This document shows positions 50,665 through 63,052 of a stretch of DNA of 64,000 nt, piece after piece. This DNA is from Octopus bimaculoides (taxonomy: Eukaryota): positions 72,352,020 through 72,416,019 of the forward strand of contig NC_068983.1 of assembly GCF_001194135.2 (NCBI RefSeq), given 5' to 3'. The stretch's first letter is position 1. Each line of letters starts with the position of its first letter. The notes below the pieces were generated by a model. That model was not told the DNA's origin and did no database searches. It saw only the letters and a list, made by a program, of their open reading frames with translations. Made by a program: the position numbers and the translations under genes.

Positions 50665-50965
50665 AGGATATAGCAGAATATGAATGACCAAGTTGCTATG
50701 CATAGGATTAAATCCACAACCATATAGCTGTGAAGTGAACTTTTAGACCACATAACCATACCTGTATGCAAAAAAAATTCTTGGGTCAATAAAATTTTCA
50801 CAGAACTGAGGGAACAGGTATGGCTGTGTAGTGAAAGAAGTTCACTTTGCAACTACATGGTTTCAAGTTCAGTCCTACAGTGTCACCTTGGGCAAGTGTC
50901 TTTTACTATATCCCTGAGTCAATCAAAATTTTGTGAGTGGATTTGATAGATGGAAGCTGGTTGTT
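50665..50965. mobile_element. Two SINE family B heads in head-to-head orientation
   Basis: Minus head about 50665-50763, plus head about 50815-50965 (ccataaccatacctg / caggtatggctgtg). Confidence 0.6.
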
Positions 50966-51140
50966 TACATATCTGTATGTATATGTATACACACACACAC
51001 ACACACGTCTATATGTGTACATGTGCTTTTGTAAGCATGAGTGTATTTCCCTTGCATTCACTAGTTTGTAAGCAATGGTTTCCTAATGGTGTTATTTACT
51101 TGTAGTCAACTGCAAAATTGTTCTTTGGATTTCTTGACAG

Positions 51141-51173
51141 GACTTGGCATGTTACGTGATCTTTGTAAACAAA
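51141..51173 (+). CDS. Candidate exon (33 nt, phase 1->1; GLGMLRDLCKQ)
   Basis: ttgttctttggatttcttgacAG; donor only moderate (AAA|GTGCTT). Confidence 0.25.
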
Positions 51174-51741
51174 GTGCTTATTCATACAACCTCATTTGTT
51201 TCCAGTTCTCGATATAAAATATCCTCAGGCTGTTAGTTGTTTGATAGACTGAGGGATTATTACCCTCTTTGGAAACAAGTGATGGTTGGTGACAGGAAAG
51301 GCATTTAACCATAGAAAACTTTGCTCCAATGTATTCTCATTTGACCCATGCAAGAATGGAAAAGTAGAAGCTAAAATGATAATAATGATGGAACATGCAA
51401 AGCTCAAATAATATAGATGAAATATATAAAAAATAAAACTGAAGTTATATCATTTTGGTTTAAATTAATTTCAGAATATTCATTTCACATGTAATATCAT
51501 CCAACAAGATACTTTTGCTTATTATTGCTAAATTTACATAGTACAAAATCACAAGATGTCACGCTAGTAAAAGTATAAATTATGAATGGTAATGAACTGA
51601 AATTGATTGATATTTGGAGTGACTTATTAAAACCTTCAAAATAGATATCATAAATCAGACAAAAAATGCAATTAAGTTACTACAATCAGTTAGGAATCAA
51701 TGGTATTACCTTTCATGAGATCACAACAGAAGAGGAAATGT

Positions 51742-51950
51742 TTAAATCTTTTGATACCAGCCTGCCAGAGACAGCCCCTTACTCTACGATACAAATATCT
51801 TGTTTTGAAGTGATCTAAATTAAAAACTTCCACCAAAATTTCATGTTAACTTAGGTTCCAAAAAACCAGCTTAATAATGACAGTTATTTTACTAAATCCT
51901 TCAATATTTTCAGAGTTAATTGAAACAAAGGCAGTAAAGGAGACTTGAAG
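51742..51950. mobile_element. Degenerate MITE-like repeat (ttaa-cctttt-type end)
   Basis: ttaaatcttttgatacc start; recalled family similarity only. Confidence 0.35.
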
Positions 51951-53380
51951 TTTAGTTCATTTCCACTTGAAAAGGAATTTAAAAACAAATAATTACTTGA
52001 TAAATAGTCTCTATGTCTGAGATGAGCTTTTAATAAGGTTACACTTTTTCGCCCTATTAACCACATTTTTAGCAATGAAAGTTATTAATATTTACAAAGG
52101 TATAATTTGATCAGTTTGATCTCAAATTGCTCTCATGTGTCTTATTCATGGATGTGTACATAATAATATTCCATTAATCTAGTACTCAGTAATCTGGCAG
52201 AGCTAACTGTCCAGTGCTTTCTTTTAGCTCTTCATAATTTTTTCCCTAAGCCCCATCAGTGGTTGCCAGCATGATTCTATCACTGTGTGCAATTAAATTG
52301 AAAATAACAGTGGCCAACACCTAAGTATGTATATATTTCACATCCTTTAGTGAAAACATCTCCTAGTGTGATCAAACGAAGCCAATTTGGGAAAAGTCTG
52401 TGGGTTAAAGTAAGTAACAGTCCCATTGCATCACAAAATTGAAATAACACATTTGAAAAGTGGAGAAACTTTTATATATAACTTAGGTTCTTACACAATT
52501 TATGAAATGGAATGAGAAAAAGCTAATACAACTTATGGATCATTCAATGACAAGCAACGGTGTTGATGGTAGCGAATATTTGAAAAAAAAAAAAAAACTT
52601 TCAGAACTAGATGCAGTGTTGTTTTTAAGGGCTTTAGTACATAGCAATAAAAAATAAAATAGTTTCAAGGTCAATAGTCATTGAAAATACCAAGCAATTA
52701 TACAAAGATAAGTGAGTATCACAGAGATTTGTGTTGTTATAGTTGAGTAGCTGAGAAACTTTAAAATATAACATGACATTTGTAAACTTAATTTAACTAG
52801 TGAAAAGGTGGAAATTATTGAGGCTACTGAAAAATATAGTTTTATATTCCATAACCTGGTTAAAAAGCATGATTTTGTTTTGTTTTGTTTTGTACTTTTT
52901 AAAGTTCCAATACACTGGAATGTTTGATAATCCAGAACAACCCATGTCCAAAGAGTAATGGATTAGAGGAACTTGTTCCAAACTAGATTCAAACCATGAA
53001 ATTGTACTTCTAAATTAAGGAGAATAACACTTTTATTAACAAAAGAGAACACATCTTCAGTCATACATCAGTGGCCTACAGGTTGATACTTTGTGCATAT
53101 CCCAGAATTAGATACTTGAAGAGTATTGGAGACTAAACCAACGGAACTAAACATAGTATGAATACTAAAAAAAGTTTCATCTCAAAGGTTACTAGTCCAA
53201 AAACATAAACAATCTTAAAAATAATTAAATAATTACTTCAACATATTTAAGTCCTCTTCAACAGAAAGTACAGAAGTCAAAGAAAAGCAAAATGGATATG
53301 CCATGATACCTACAACACATAAAAAATGTGTTATACTTCTGAAAATAAACTACTTTAAATCACCTATGACTAGCTGTCAG

Positions 53381-53466
53381 AGATAGCTGAAGACATTAAT
53401 TTGTTACTATCAGGATACTATGAACAAACCCAACTCAACGATATGGATGAGGTTGACCACAATACT
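53381..53466 (+). CDS. Candidate exon (EIAEDINLLLSGYYEQTQLNDMDEVDHNT)
   Basis: ctgtcAG (or gactAG at 53373), donor ACT|GTAAGC, protein-like composition. Confidence 0.35.
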
Positions 53467-53757
53467 GTAAGCAAACTCTCAATATAAGACTGCACATCTG
53501 AAAATAGACATAGAATATTTACTAATGAAAATTAATCAATACTGCAATACTGGAATATATGAACAGACACATTTACACATTTCAGCAACAGGTTTAGGCA
53601 TACATATCTGCAAGCACACGAGCACACACACACATGCATGAGAGCATATACACACACATTGAAACATATATATTTGTACACTTTTTAGTCTTCACTAGTT
53701 ACAGGTCTGTATGGTGAGATTGTACATGTGATCATAAGATGTGTGTGTGTGTGTGTG

Positions 53758-53804
<47 letters not shown>

Positions 53805-54112
53805 ATGATTTGTCTGTACATACCTTTAACAGGCATGTGACATCAGACAGTATCCTAATGCCTACTACTACTACTACATCATGATAGTATCTGATGTCAC
53901 TATTGTACAACACATATATTCAGCTGCTATGCAATTAAGTACTCTTTTTACCTTTGTGTGATTACAGGTTAAATGTGTGCAAAGATATTTAGATGACCCC
54001 CTATACCTAAGTATAAATAGATTCAGACGTTCACAGCAATATTCACATATCGTTACATCCTCCCTTAATCGCACTATCACTTTTATACACATCTATATAG
54101 TCATATCCATGC

Positions 54113-54772
54113 TTTAGCTTTTATCCTTCACTTGTTCCAGTTATTAGACTGCGGGCATGCTGGGGCACTGTTGTGAAGAATTTTTAGTTGAATGAATTGA
54201 CCCCAGAACTTATGTTTTTTTTTTTTAAGCCCAGTACTTATTCTATCGGTCTCTTTTGCCAAACTGCTAAGTTACAGGGAATTAAACACACCAACACCAT
54301 TGTCAAGCAGAGGTGGGGGACAAACTGACACAAAAACACACACAGATATATATATATACATATATATATATATTCTTTTATTCACTTACTTGTTACAGTC
54401 ATTTGACTGCAACCATGCTGGAGTACCACCTTGAAGGGTTGTAGTTGAACAAATTGACCCCAGGACTTATTCTGTAAGCCTAGTACTTATTCTATTGACC
54501 AATTTTGCCAAATTGTTAAGTTAATGGGAAGTAAACACACCAACACTGGTGGTCAAGTGATGGTGGGGGGACAAACACAGACACAAAGACACACACACAA
54601 ATATATATACGACAGTCTTCTTTCAGTTTCCATCTACCAAATCCACTCACAAGGCTTTGGTTAGCCCAAGACTATAGCTGAAGACATTTGCCCAAAGTGC
54701 CCGCACAGCAGGACTGAACCCAGAACCATGTGGTTGGGAAGCAAGCTTCTTATCACACAGCCATGCCCATGC
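54113..54772 (-). mobile_element. Two tandem SINE family B copies (3' half 54113-54335, full 54368-54772)
   Basis: Multi-copy similarity. Confidence 0.88.
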
Positions 54773-54804
54773 CCAAGTATATATGTGTGTGTGTGTGTGT
54801 GTGT

Positions 54805-54915
54805 ATCATCATCATTGTTTAACATCCGTTTTCCATGCTAACATGAGTTGGACAGTTTGACTGGAGACTAGCAAGCCAGTAGGCTGCACCTGGCTCCAAT
54901 CTGATCTGGCAAGGT
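54805..54915 (-). mobile_element. RTE LINE 3'-tail copy
   Basis: atcatcattgtttaacatccgttttccatgc..ggctccaatctgatctggcaagg. Confidence 0.8.
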
Positions 54916-55031
54916 TAATCATATCTAATGCACATATAATTATAGGGGATGTTTTGTTTTTATGTTCCACATTCAGGTTATCTCTATCTCCAGATCTTTT
55001 CACCACAAATACCACCACCACCATCATCATT

Positions 55032-55168
55032 TGCGGTATTTCGTCTGCCTTTACATTCTGAGTTCAAATTCTGCTGAGACTTGATAAATTAAGTACCAAT
55101 GAAACACTGGGGTCAATGTAATCAACTGGTCCCCTCCCCCAAAATTTCAGACCTTGTGCCTTTAGTAG
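55032..55168 (+). mobile_element. SINE family A (5'-truncated)
   Basis: gcggtatttcgtctg..gagttcaaattctg..cttgtgcctttagtagaa. Confidence 0.8.
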
Positions 55169-55184
55169 AAATCGTCGTCGTCGT

Positions 55185-55460
55185 TGTCATCTCGTCTTTA
55201 TCACAGGTTTTGTTGGAACTTCTGAAGTCTTGCATGCATAGTGGGCTTATTACCTGCAGCCTCTGGTGCCATGCTATTCTTTCTTTTCAGCTATCTAATA
55301 CTTTTCTGATTATTCTTTCCGTGCCAAGGAGGCAAACCTTTTGTAACAGTTCTACTGGGTGCTCTATTCCAATTTCTTTTATATTCCTCTTGATGCCTTC
55401 TGATACTGTTCCCAAGGACCCAACAATAACTGGCACTGTCTTCACTTTTTCCATTTTCCA
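55185..55460 (-). mobile_element. Young 5'-truncated R4/Dong-like 3' end
   Basis: Uninterrupted minus frame 55287-55460 WKMEKVKTVPVIVGSLGTVSEGIKRNIKEIGIEHPVELLQKVCLLGTERIIRKVLDS*; abuts a TAA/GAT tract. Confidence 0.8.
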
Positions 55461-55510
55461 TTATTATCATCATCGTCATCATCATTATTATTATTACTAT
55501 TATTATTATC

Positions 55511-55964
55511 CATGCCAACGTCGTCTCCTTCATTGGACACGAAATTCGGCTTGTGAAGACCTGTTGGGGCAAGCGAAAGCGAAATCGTCATGGCACCTGT
55601 GCCCAGCATTGCCTTCCTGGCACTTGTGCCAGATGGCATGTGTAAAGACATTCGAGCGAGATCGTTGCCAGTGCCGCCGAACTGGATCCTATGCAGGTGG
55701 CACGTAAAATACACCATTTTCAGTGTGGCCGTTGCCAGTACTGCCTGACTGGCCTTTGTGCCAGTGGCCCGTAAAAGCACCCACTACACTCTCAGAGTGG
55801 TTGGCTTTAGGAAGGGCATACAGCTGTAGAAACTCTGCCAAATCAGATTGGAGCCTGGTGTAGCCATCTGGTTTCACCAGTCCTCAGTCAAATCGTCCAA
55901 CCCATGCAAGCATGGAAAGCGGACGTTAAACGACGATGATGATGATCATCATCATCATCATCAG
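55511..55964 (+). mobile_element. RTE LINE 3'-tail copy (young)
   Basis: Sub-repeats and ggacgttaaac(gat)n end. Confidence 0.9.
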
Positions 55965-56320
55965 AGATGGTGATATATATGGTTTATAAAACAGCTAAAT
56001 TTTGTAACAGTGTAGCTGTTGAAAAATTTAATCAAGGCATACATCATGTGAAAGTATTTTATTTCACCTTGGCTGCCACTTATTCTTTTTTCAAGGAAAT
56101 TCAATGACATTACCATCACTGATATTATTCATTATCATTAAGCAATTCAAACATATCATTAGAAAAATAAAATAAAAAAGTTTACATTTATTAGATTACA
56201 ATAAAGAATGATGAAAGCTTAACTTATACTATACCATCAACCATTTCTCCCATCACCTATCATGCCAACTATTCTGGATGAGTATTGTCTTTTCCCCTAT
56301 GCATCAATTTCATTATTTAG

Positions 56321-56418
56321 AAAGAGTTCATTATGATCAGACCACTTCAAAAACTCTAACAATCCACCCAGGATTGGTAATTCAAATTGGTGATACACAA
56401 GATGCCAATGAGGAAGAG
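56321..56418 (+). CDS. Candidate exon (ERVHYDQTTSKTLTIHPGLVIQIGDTQDANEEE; alternative donor at 56389)
   Basis: aatttcattatttAG|..GAG|GTATTT; only one frame is open. Confidence 0.45.
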
Positions 56419-56530
56419 GTATTTTATGAGTTTAATATAAAGCATAGCTCTAATGAATAGCTGTTTTATTATTCTTATATGCAAGGGACTAGTATATAAT
56501 TTAAAAATTAACAAAATCTCTTATGCAATT

Positions 56531-56574
<44 letters not shown>

Positions 56575-57519
56575 GTGTGTATAAATAATTGATTACAAAT
56601 GTTTCAGTGTAGACAAAAATAGAACACTGAGTGCTCAATATTGAGAGTAGAGCTTCAAAACATTAAAATGAAAATTCAAATTTTGTTACTCTGAATAGCA
56701 TATCCGATGCTGTCAAGCAAAACCTGAACATGCATGAACATGTTTGTGTGTGTATGCACATTTCATACATGCACAAACAGATATACACACGCATATAGGC
56801 AATGTGACTTAAAGATCCCTGTAGAATTAATACAAACCAGCTAACAACTGAAATGAGATGAACTTTAAATGTGTACTTCAACTTTCCTTCTATCTCCCAC
56901 TTACACCTCCCACATCCACACCACAGCCTTCACACATCTCTTTACTGCATTTATTAACCCTTTCCTGACTCTAGTCCCCCTGTTGACTGTCACAGCTAAG
57001 GGTTTCCAAGATGGCTGGTCTACTACTCTGTCATTTATACTGTCAATTGCTTAGACCACTTGGGCAGTTGAACAACAAATATCTAAACAACTGAAGATGA
57101 TAGTTATTGTACTGTACCATTTTTAAAACAATGAAGCAAATTTTTTTCTTATATTTTAATCATTACATTCTCCCATAATATATGGAACAGCATGCACACA
57201 TGCATATAAAGATATTCACAATGAAATAGCAAATATGTATTAAAAATGTATGAAGACAAAACTGTAACAGTTTATAAATTTTTTTTAAATGTGTATGTAA
57301 TTTAAATGCTGACGAAATTTCTCTATCATCTTTTATGTGTTTGTGTATGTGTTTGTGTGTGCTTCTCTGTGTAGGTGCTTGTGTGTGTGCATGTGTGTTC
57401 ATGTGTGTGTGTGTGTGCATGTGTGTGTGACTTGTTTCTCATTTTTCTATCTTTGGCTGTACTTAAAAATGTCACACACATATAATTTCATCATCATTCT
57501 TATGTCCATTTCTATGCTA

Positions 57520-58160
57520 TAATAAGTTGGATAAGCTGTCACACCCTGTGTCAGGTCTTATTCAGAGTAACTGCCTTCTTAAGCATATCAGGGGACAACT
57601 TCACACACAAAATATTTAATGATAAAATGACATGAGAATATCTGTGTATTTTCAAGATGACTTTTACAGTTGAATGCTCTGCTAATACCACCTGCCTTAT
57701 AGAATGTACTGGCAGCCGAGATTATCATGTCTTTGAACAGACAGAAGAGGCATTTCAACCCTATATTGTTTCCACTCTTTTACTAATTTCTTTACACGGT
57801 GTACTCAATGCATTTTATCAGCACCAGTGCAGTTGCCCTGTAACCTGCAAGACAAAAGATTCATCACTTCTCTATAGTGTCTCCATTCATTCATTTAAGG
57901 CAATGTGACCAAGAAAATACTAGAAGATAAAGAGGAGGGAATGAGAATATAATGGAGAGAACAGTGATTGGAGTGAGATGATGGAAGAGGAGGAAGTAAT
58001 GGAAAAGATACAGAGCCAGAGAGAAAGGGTATTATGGGAGAAATAAAATGGGATTTGTGACAAAGACATAGAGCAATGAGAGAGTATGAAAGGGGTCTAA
58101 CAGAGTACATTGGATATCTGCCAAGATGTAGATGGGGGAGGCAGCAGATATAAGTTTTAC
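57520..58160. mobile_element. Very old RTE-like LINE remnants in opposite orientations
   Basis: Minus: HRVKKLVKEWKQYRVEMPLL and a QG.DSLS-like stretch; plus: MERTVIGVR..EIKW..GRQ; weak. Confidence 0.35.
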
Positions 58161-58235
58161 TGGATTATATACTGGATAAAAGGTCTAAATGTGTGTGTAT
58201 TAATTGATTCTGTTATTTATTTACATACGTACATA

Positions 58236-59116
58236 TGAGGGGGTAACCAAAAGAAACCAGAATTTTGCAATATTATTTTATTCACTTAGTTTTACATGTT
58301 TACGCTCTTATCACCTTCAAAGTATTCTCCAGACGTGTTTGCCACTGTTCAAAGCAGTCCTGGAACTCTTGCAAAGTGATGCCTTTTAACGCCTCTGTTG
58401 GTTTTTTTTCACTTCTTCCACATCTGCAAATTCGATAGCACCGGCTTTTGTCACCAGTGATGACCTTCACAAAAAGGTCCAGATTAACTTCCAACTGTTC
58501 TTTTAGTTCATGACATGCATTCAGTCATAACTACTTTTTCATCTTCCATGTGCAAGTGAGGGACAATTTTGCTGCAACTCTTTCCATTCTCAATTTCTCA
58601 CTCAAAATTCGTTGGCAGGAGCTCTGGACACACCAGTCATATTAAAAAGTTTGTCAATTGTTCAGTGATGGTCCTCCAAGATCTGTTCTTGAATTTTCAT
58701 AATGTTTTCATTTGTTCAAAAGGTCAACAGATACCTTGAACAAGGTTGGTCTTCAAGCAACAAGTGACCATTCCTAAGGCATGAAACCCACTCACAAACT
58801 TGTGTTTTGCTCATGGCAGCATCCTTGTAAGCTATTAGAAGCATCACAACTGTTTCAGCTGCCATTTTCCCCAGCAGAAAACAGAATTTCACAGAAGCAT
58901 GCTGTTCTTTCATTTCAGCCATTGCAAAAATCAATGAACAGAGGAGAAGCACTGCAAAGCAAAGACACACCACATACAGTAGGACTATAGTTGATGCCAC
59001 TGGTCAGCAGACTAACACCCAAGGATTGCACCAAGTGGCTTCTAGCATCAGAAGCCTGAACTACAATGGGCTTGTTCCACAGAGAACATTTCTGGTTACT
59101 TTTGGATACCCCCTTG
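58236..59116 (-). mobile_element. Internally deleted mariner element
   Basis: TA-flanked TIRs tgagggggtaaccaaaagaaaccagaat / atttctggttacttttggatacccccttg. ORF remnant MAEMKEQHASVKFCFLLGKMAAET..VCEW..ITGDKSRCY, then joined to EALKGITLQEFQDCFEQWQTRLE. Confidence 0.92.
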
Positions 59117-59760
59117 TACATACACACATACATACACACATATGCACACACACATATACACATATGTTCAGACATTTGTATGAATATATTTCTTTAGAAC
59201 ATCCATAAGTGCATATACAAATCTAAGATGTTTAAATAATAACATTCTTCATTAGTTAGATAGTATCATATTTTACACTGAGAATCCTAACAAGAGACGA
59301 GTAGAACAGAGAGATATTTCAGTGATTGAATGCAGTACTTCTTGCAATGCAAACATATTCTGTCAATGTTTTCCCTTTACAAGTAATCTTCAATAGTTTC
59401 CAATAAGTTGTTAAAACAAAGGACAAAAAAGAAAACATGTTTAACTAGAAAGTGTGTTTCCTGGGCACATCTACTCGATAAATGCAACCAGATTACAATA
59501 GCAAGTTAGTTGGCAAGACATATATGAAGTTCTTTTGAGCAATAACTATAGACATAGCAATTGTAGTAATGAGAGAGACAAAGTTACTGCTGATATATAC
59601 CAGAATTTTATTGAGAACTAGCTGAACTGAATAGATGCCTTAACATAATTGTATGAGTTTCCTATATTGACTTTAAACAAAAATAAATAAATCTTTATTG
59701 GAAGCTATGTATTTTTCTTTTCCAAACACTTTTCCAAAGATTTTTTTCTCTTTTTTCCAG

Positions 59761-59784
59761 AGTTCAATTGTTTTGTTAATTCAG
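59761..59784 (+). CDS. Candidate micro-exon (24 nt, symmetric; EFNCFVNS or SSIVLLIQ)
   Basis: tttttttctcttttttccAG|..CAG|GTATTT; both splice sites strong. Confidence 0.45.
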
Positions 59785-60067
59785 GTATTTGCATAATTTT
59801 CAAACCATTTTATGTAAGAGTGGGATACAGCTTGTTTTTCACCTAGGCAGAGGCAAATATGTTAACGTAACTACGTTTCAGACATAATGTGATTATCATT
59901 GAAAAATTTTATTTGATACTAGCTATATTTAATCTCTCTCAGACAAAAACTACAAAAAGTTACACTTAACGAATTAAAGAAATGTTAGCAGATATTAAAA
60001 ACTAATTGTTTTACTTTATCATTATCTTGAACATTACCATTTCAGTCATCATCATTATTTTTATGAC

Positions 60068-60398
60068 CGCACCTGTGCCAGATGGCACGTGTAAAAACAT
60101 TCGAGCGAGATCGTTGCCAGTGCCGCCGAACTGGCTCCTGTGCAGGTGACACATAAAATACACCATTTTGAGCGTGGCCGTTGCCAGTACTGCCTGACTG
60201 GCCTTCGTGCCAGTGGCACGGAAAAGCACCTACTACACTCTCGGAGTGGTTGGCGTTAGGAAGGGCATCCAGCTGTAGAAACTCTGCCAAATCAGATCGG
60301 AGCCTGGTGTAGCCATCTGGTTTCACCAGTCCTCAGTCAAATCGTCCAACCCATGCTAGCATGGAAAGCAGACGTTAAACGACGATGATGATGATGAC
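60068..60398 (+). mobile_element. RTE LINE 3'-tail copy (young)
   Basis: Near-identical to 55600-55950. Confidence 0.9.
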
Positions 60399-60504
60399 CA
60401 TTTGCTGAACGCTGACATACATTTGGTGAGTCTCTAACACAGTATAACAACTTAAATCTTTATCCCTTGTGACCTCCCTGGGTGTCAAAGTATCATATCT
60501 GGTG

Positions 60505-60630
60505 TCAACTTTGTCTTTCATCCTTTCAGGGTCAAAAAAATAGTACCAGTTGAGCACTGGGGTTGATGTAATCAACTTATTCCCCCTCTCCACCAAACTT
60601 ATTGACTTTGTGCCAAAATTTGAAACCAAT
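60505..60630 (+). mobile_element. SINE family A (3' half)
   Basis: tttcatcctttcagggtc..gagcactggggttgatgtaatc. Confidence 0.75.
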
Positions 60631-60804
60631 GTGAACTATTTTTACTTTAAACTCATATAATAACTAGCAAATAACATACATTTTATACTATTGGTACGTA
60701 TTTTACATCACATGCCACCATATTAACATATCGACTCAAATAGTTCAGAGAACATCAAATAATTTTACCAGAAATTATAACAATGTAGGAGTTTCTATAT
60801 TCAG

Positions 60805-60978
60805 TCTGCTAGAATTAGACATCATATCTCCCTCAAACACCCCATGTTAAAATAGGAAGGACACATTGAATAATGTGATAAGTACACAATAACAGAAGCT
60901 GATCGTGGCTGGAATGCTTTTTTTTTTTTGATCATCAATTTGTGGGATCAGTGCTAATCTGGTGCTAAATAACAAAAA
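60805..60978 (+). mobile_element. Family E repeat copy
   Basis: ctagaattagacatcatatctccctcaaac..ggaaggacacattg..ggctggaatgc. Confidence 0.6.
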
Positions 60979-61085
60979 TGAAATGTATGCAAGGCTTGTT
61001 AAATGGTATACATGAGTGTTACTGAGATGGCAGACAATATTTTTTTACATTTTTTTTTTTTTGCCTCCCATGACACAACCTTCAG

Positions 61086-61126
61086 TATATGAAATAGGGA
61101 TTGATACTGAAAGATCAAAAGACATA
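61086..61126 (+). CDS. Candidate exon (VYEIGIDTERSKDI)
   Basis: T-tract..ccttcAG; donor ATA|GTTAGA moderate; phase fits 59761-59784. Confidence 0.25.
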
Positions 61127-61142
61127 GTTAGACAAGCAACAG

Positions 61143-61231
61143 ATTATACATAAGCTAGAATAATTAATAACTACATCTGGCAGAAAACAATAAATTATAT
61201 ATAAGCTAGAATAATTGATAGCTACATCTGG
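61143..61231. repeat. 38-bp direct duplication (period 51)
   Basis: attata(c/t)ataagctagaataatt(a/g)ata(a/g)ctacatctgg x2. Confidence 0.85.
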
Positions 61232-63052
61232 TAGGCAGAGTTTCATGTTTTCCCAGCCACAATTCAGCTCAAACACAACTAGCATGATGTTTCCAACAAC
61301 TACAAAAGTAGCAATTACTCATCATCCAAGTATACTGAATATCTGGATATAGGCATAGCCATCTGGTTAAAAAATTCAGTTCAGCAATAATGTTGTTCAT
61401 GGTTCAAATCACACTGCACAACACTTTGCACAAGTATCTCCTGTCATAGCCTTGGGTTAACTAAAATTGCCTTATTAGTGAAATTTAGCAGACATAAGCC
61501 TGTCATGTTGTGTCTGTGTTTGTGCGCATACACAGCACATTTATATCAACATAAGGGGAAAAACAAAACAATCAGAGAGGAACACCCTGTAGTATTCATA
61601 TTACAATGAGTTATCTCACCTCAAGGCTGTTATTACTTTGAATTTTTATATATTACAAAAAGAGTAAATACGTACCAGACAAAATATAATGACTGTCTTA
61701 AAACTCTTGAAGATGATGTTTCAGAATGGCAGAAATCAATTAAACTAAAATAAGAACTACTGGAATCTATTTTATGAATTGTACAGGACTAAATGTTTAA
61801 GATGAATTTACCAATACTGCACACTGCTTTAAAGATTCCAATTGTGGTTTTTCAAACATTGAGCTCTTGTCAACAACTATAAAGGAACTAGTTCATATCC
61901 ATTTATCAATGAGAAAATAAAATTTAAACAACACAAATCCCAGCTGTAACACTATTTAATATTTTTTGGAGTAGAAACATAATCAGATAGTTGTTTGCTA
62001 CCAAAGAAAAAGAAAGTATTTTACACAAAATAGCTTCAAAAGAAAAACTGCTTTGATGTCTCAATTTGATTGCCAAAGGATAAAACGAATTGTAAAAATC
62101 TAATTGTGGCTGCACAATTTTCTCACATTTCTTGCATTCTTACTGTGGAAGCAAAATGAACTAGTTGACAAACTGCATTCAACTATTCTAAATCTATCTC
62201 TCAAAGTAGAAAGAAAAAAAGATTTAAAAAATGGCATTTAGAATAATCTAATATTGGGAGAAATAAAGAATGAGAATTATGAAAGAAAGAAGAGTGAACA
62301 AATTTCATTGGTGTTTTAACCTTTTTCTTAAGTTCAGATGAGTAAAGGGTGTTAGGAGAAATAATTTAGAGGTAACTAGAATCTCTTTAAAAATTACCAA
62401 GATCCAAAAGAATATGAAATGAATGAAACATAATACACAATCAATGTAGATTTTGTTAGAGAGTGTGAACATGAATAAAACAGGTTTTGAAAGATATAAA
62501 GAGATTACAAGGCATCTAAAGATGTTAGGGGAAAAAATTGTCTTTCTTTACAGTGATTTTACAAAAGAATTCAAGTAAAATAAATCTGAGGTTTTAAATA
62601 AAAATTTGTTGATGTGAGAAAGAAATTCTTCTAGTTAATGAAGACTTTTTTTTTACATTTAATCACAAAAGACTATGTGCAGGAGGTCCTCTATTTATTC
62701 ATTTTCTCAAACATGGAAGGCTACAACGAAGTGAGTGATACAATACTTGTTACCTTAGAAATTATGATATTGCTAAGCTAACGTAAACAAAAAAAATCTC
62801 CACATTTGGACAATAAACTACCTTCACTGCATCTGAATAAGATTATAAACAGAGCAAACAACAATATACTCCATATACAGTAGTGGACCATTAAAAATAT
62901 TATTAGAAAGATCTTTTCAACACAATGTAACAGTTGGATAGAGATATGTTTTGACATTAAAAAGGGAAAAACATTTTCTTGTACATTTACATATATAAAT
63001 ATACATGTGCATGTAGTGTGTGTGCATGCATGTATGCGTATGTGTACGTACA

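Noticed and set aside
55099-55707. Longest ORF in the track (202 aa)
   Set aside because: Chance read-through of a SINE, an antisense R4/Dong end, a microsatellite and an RTE tail
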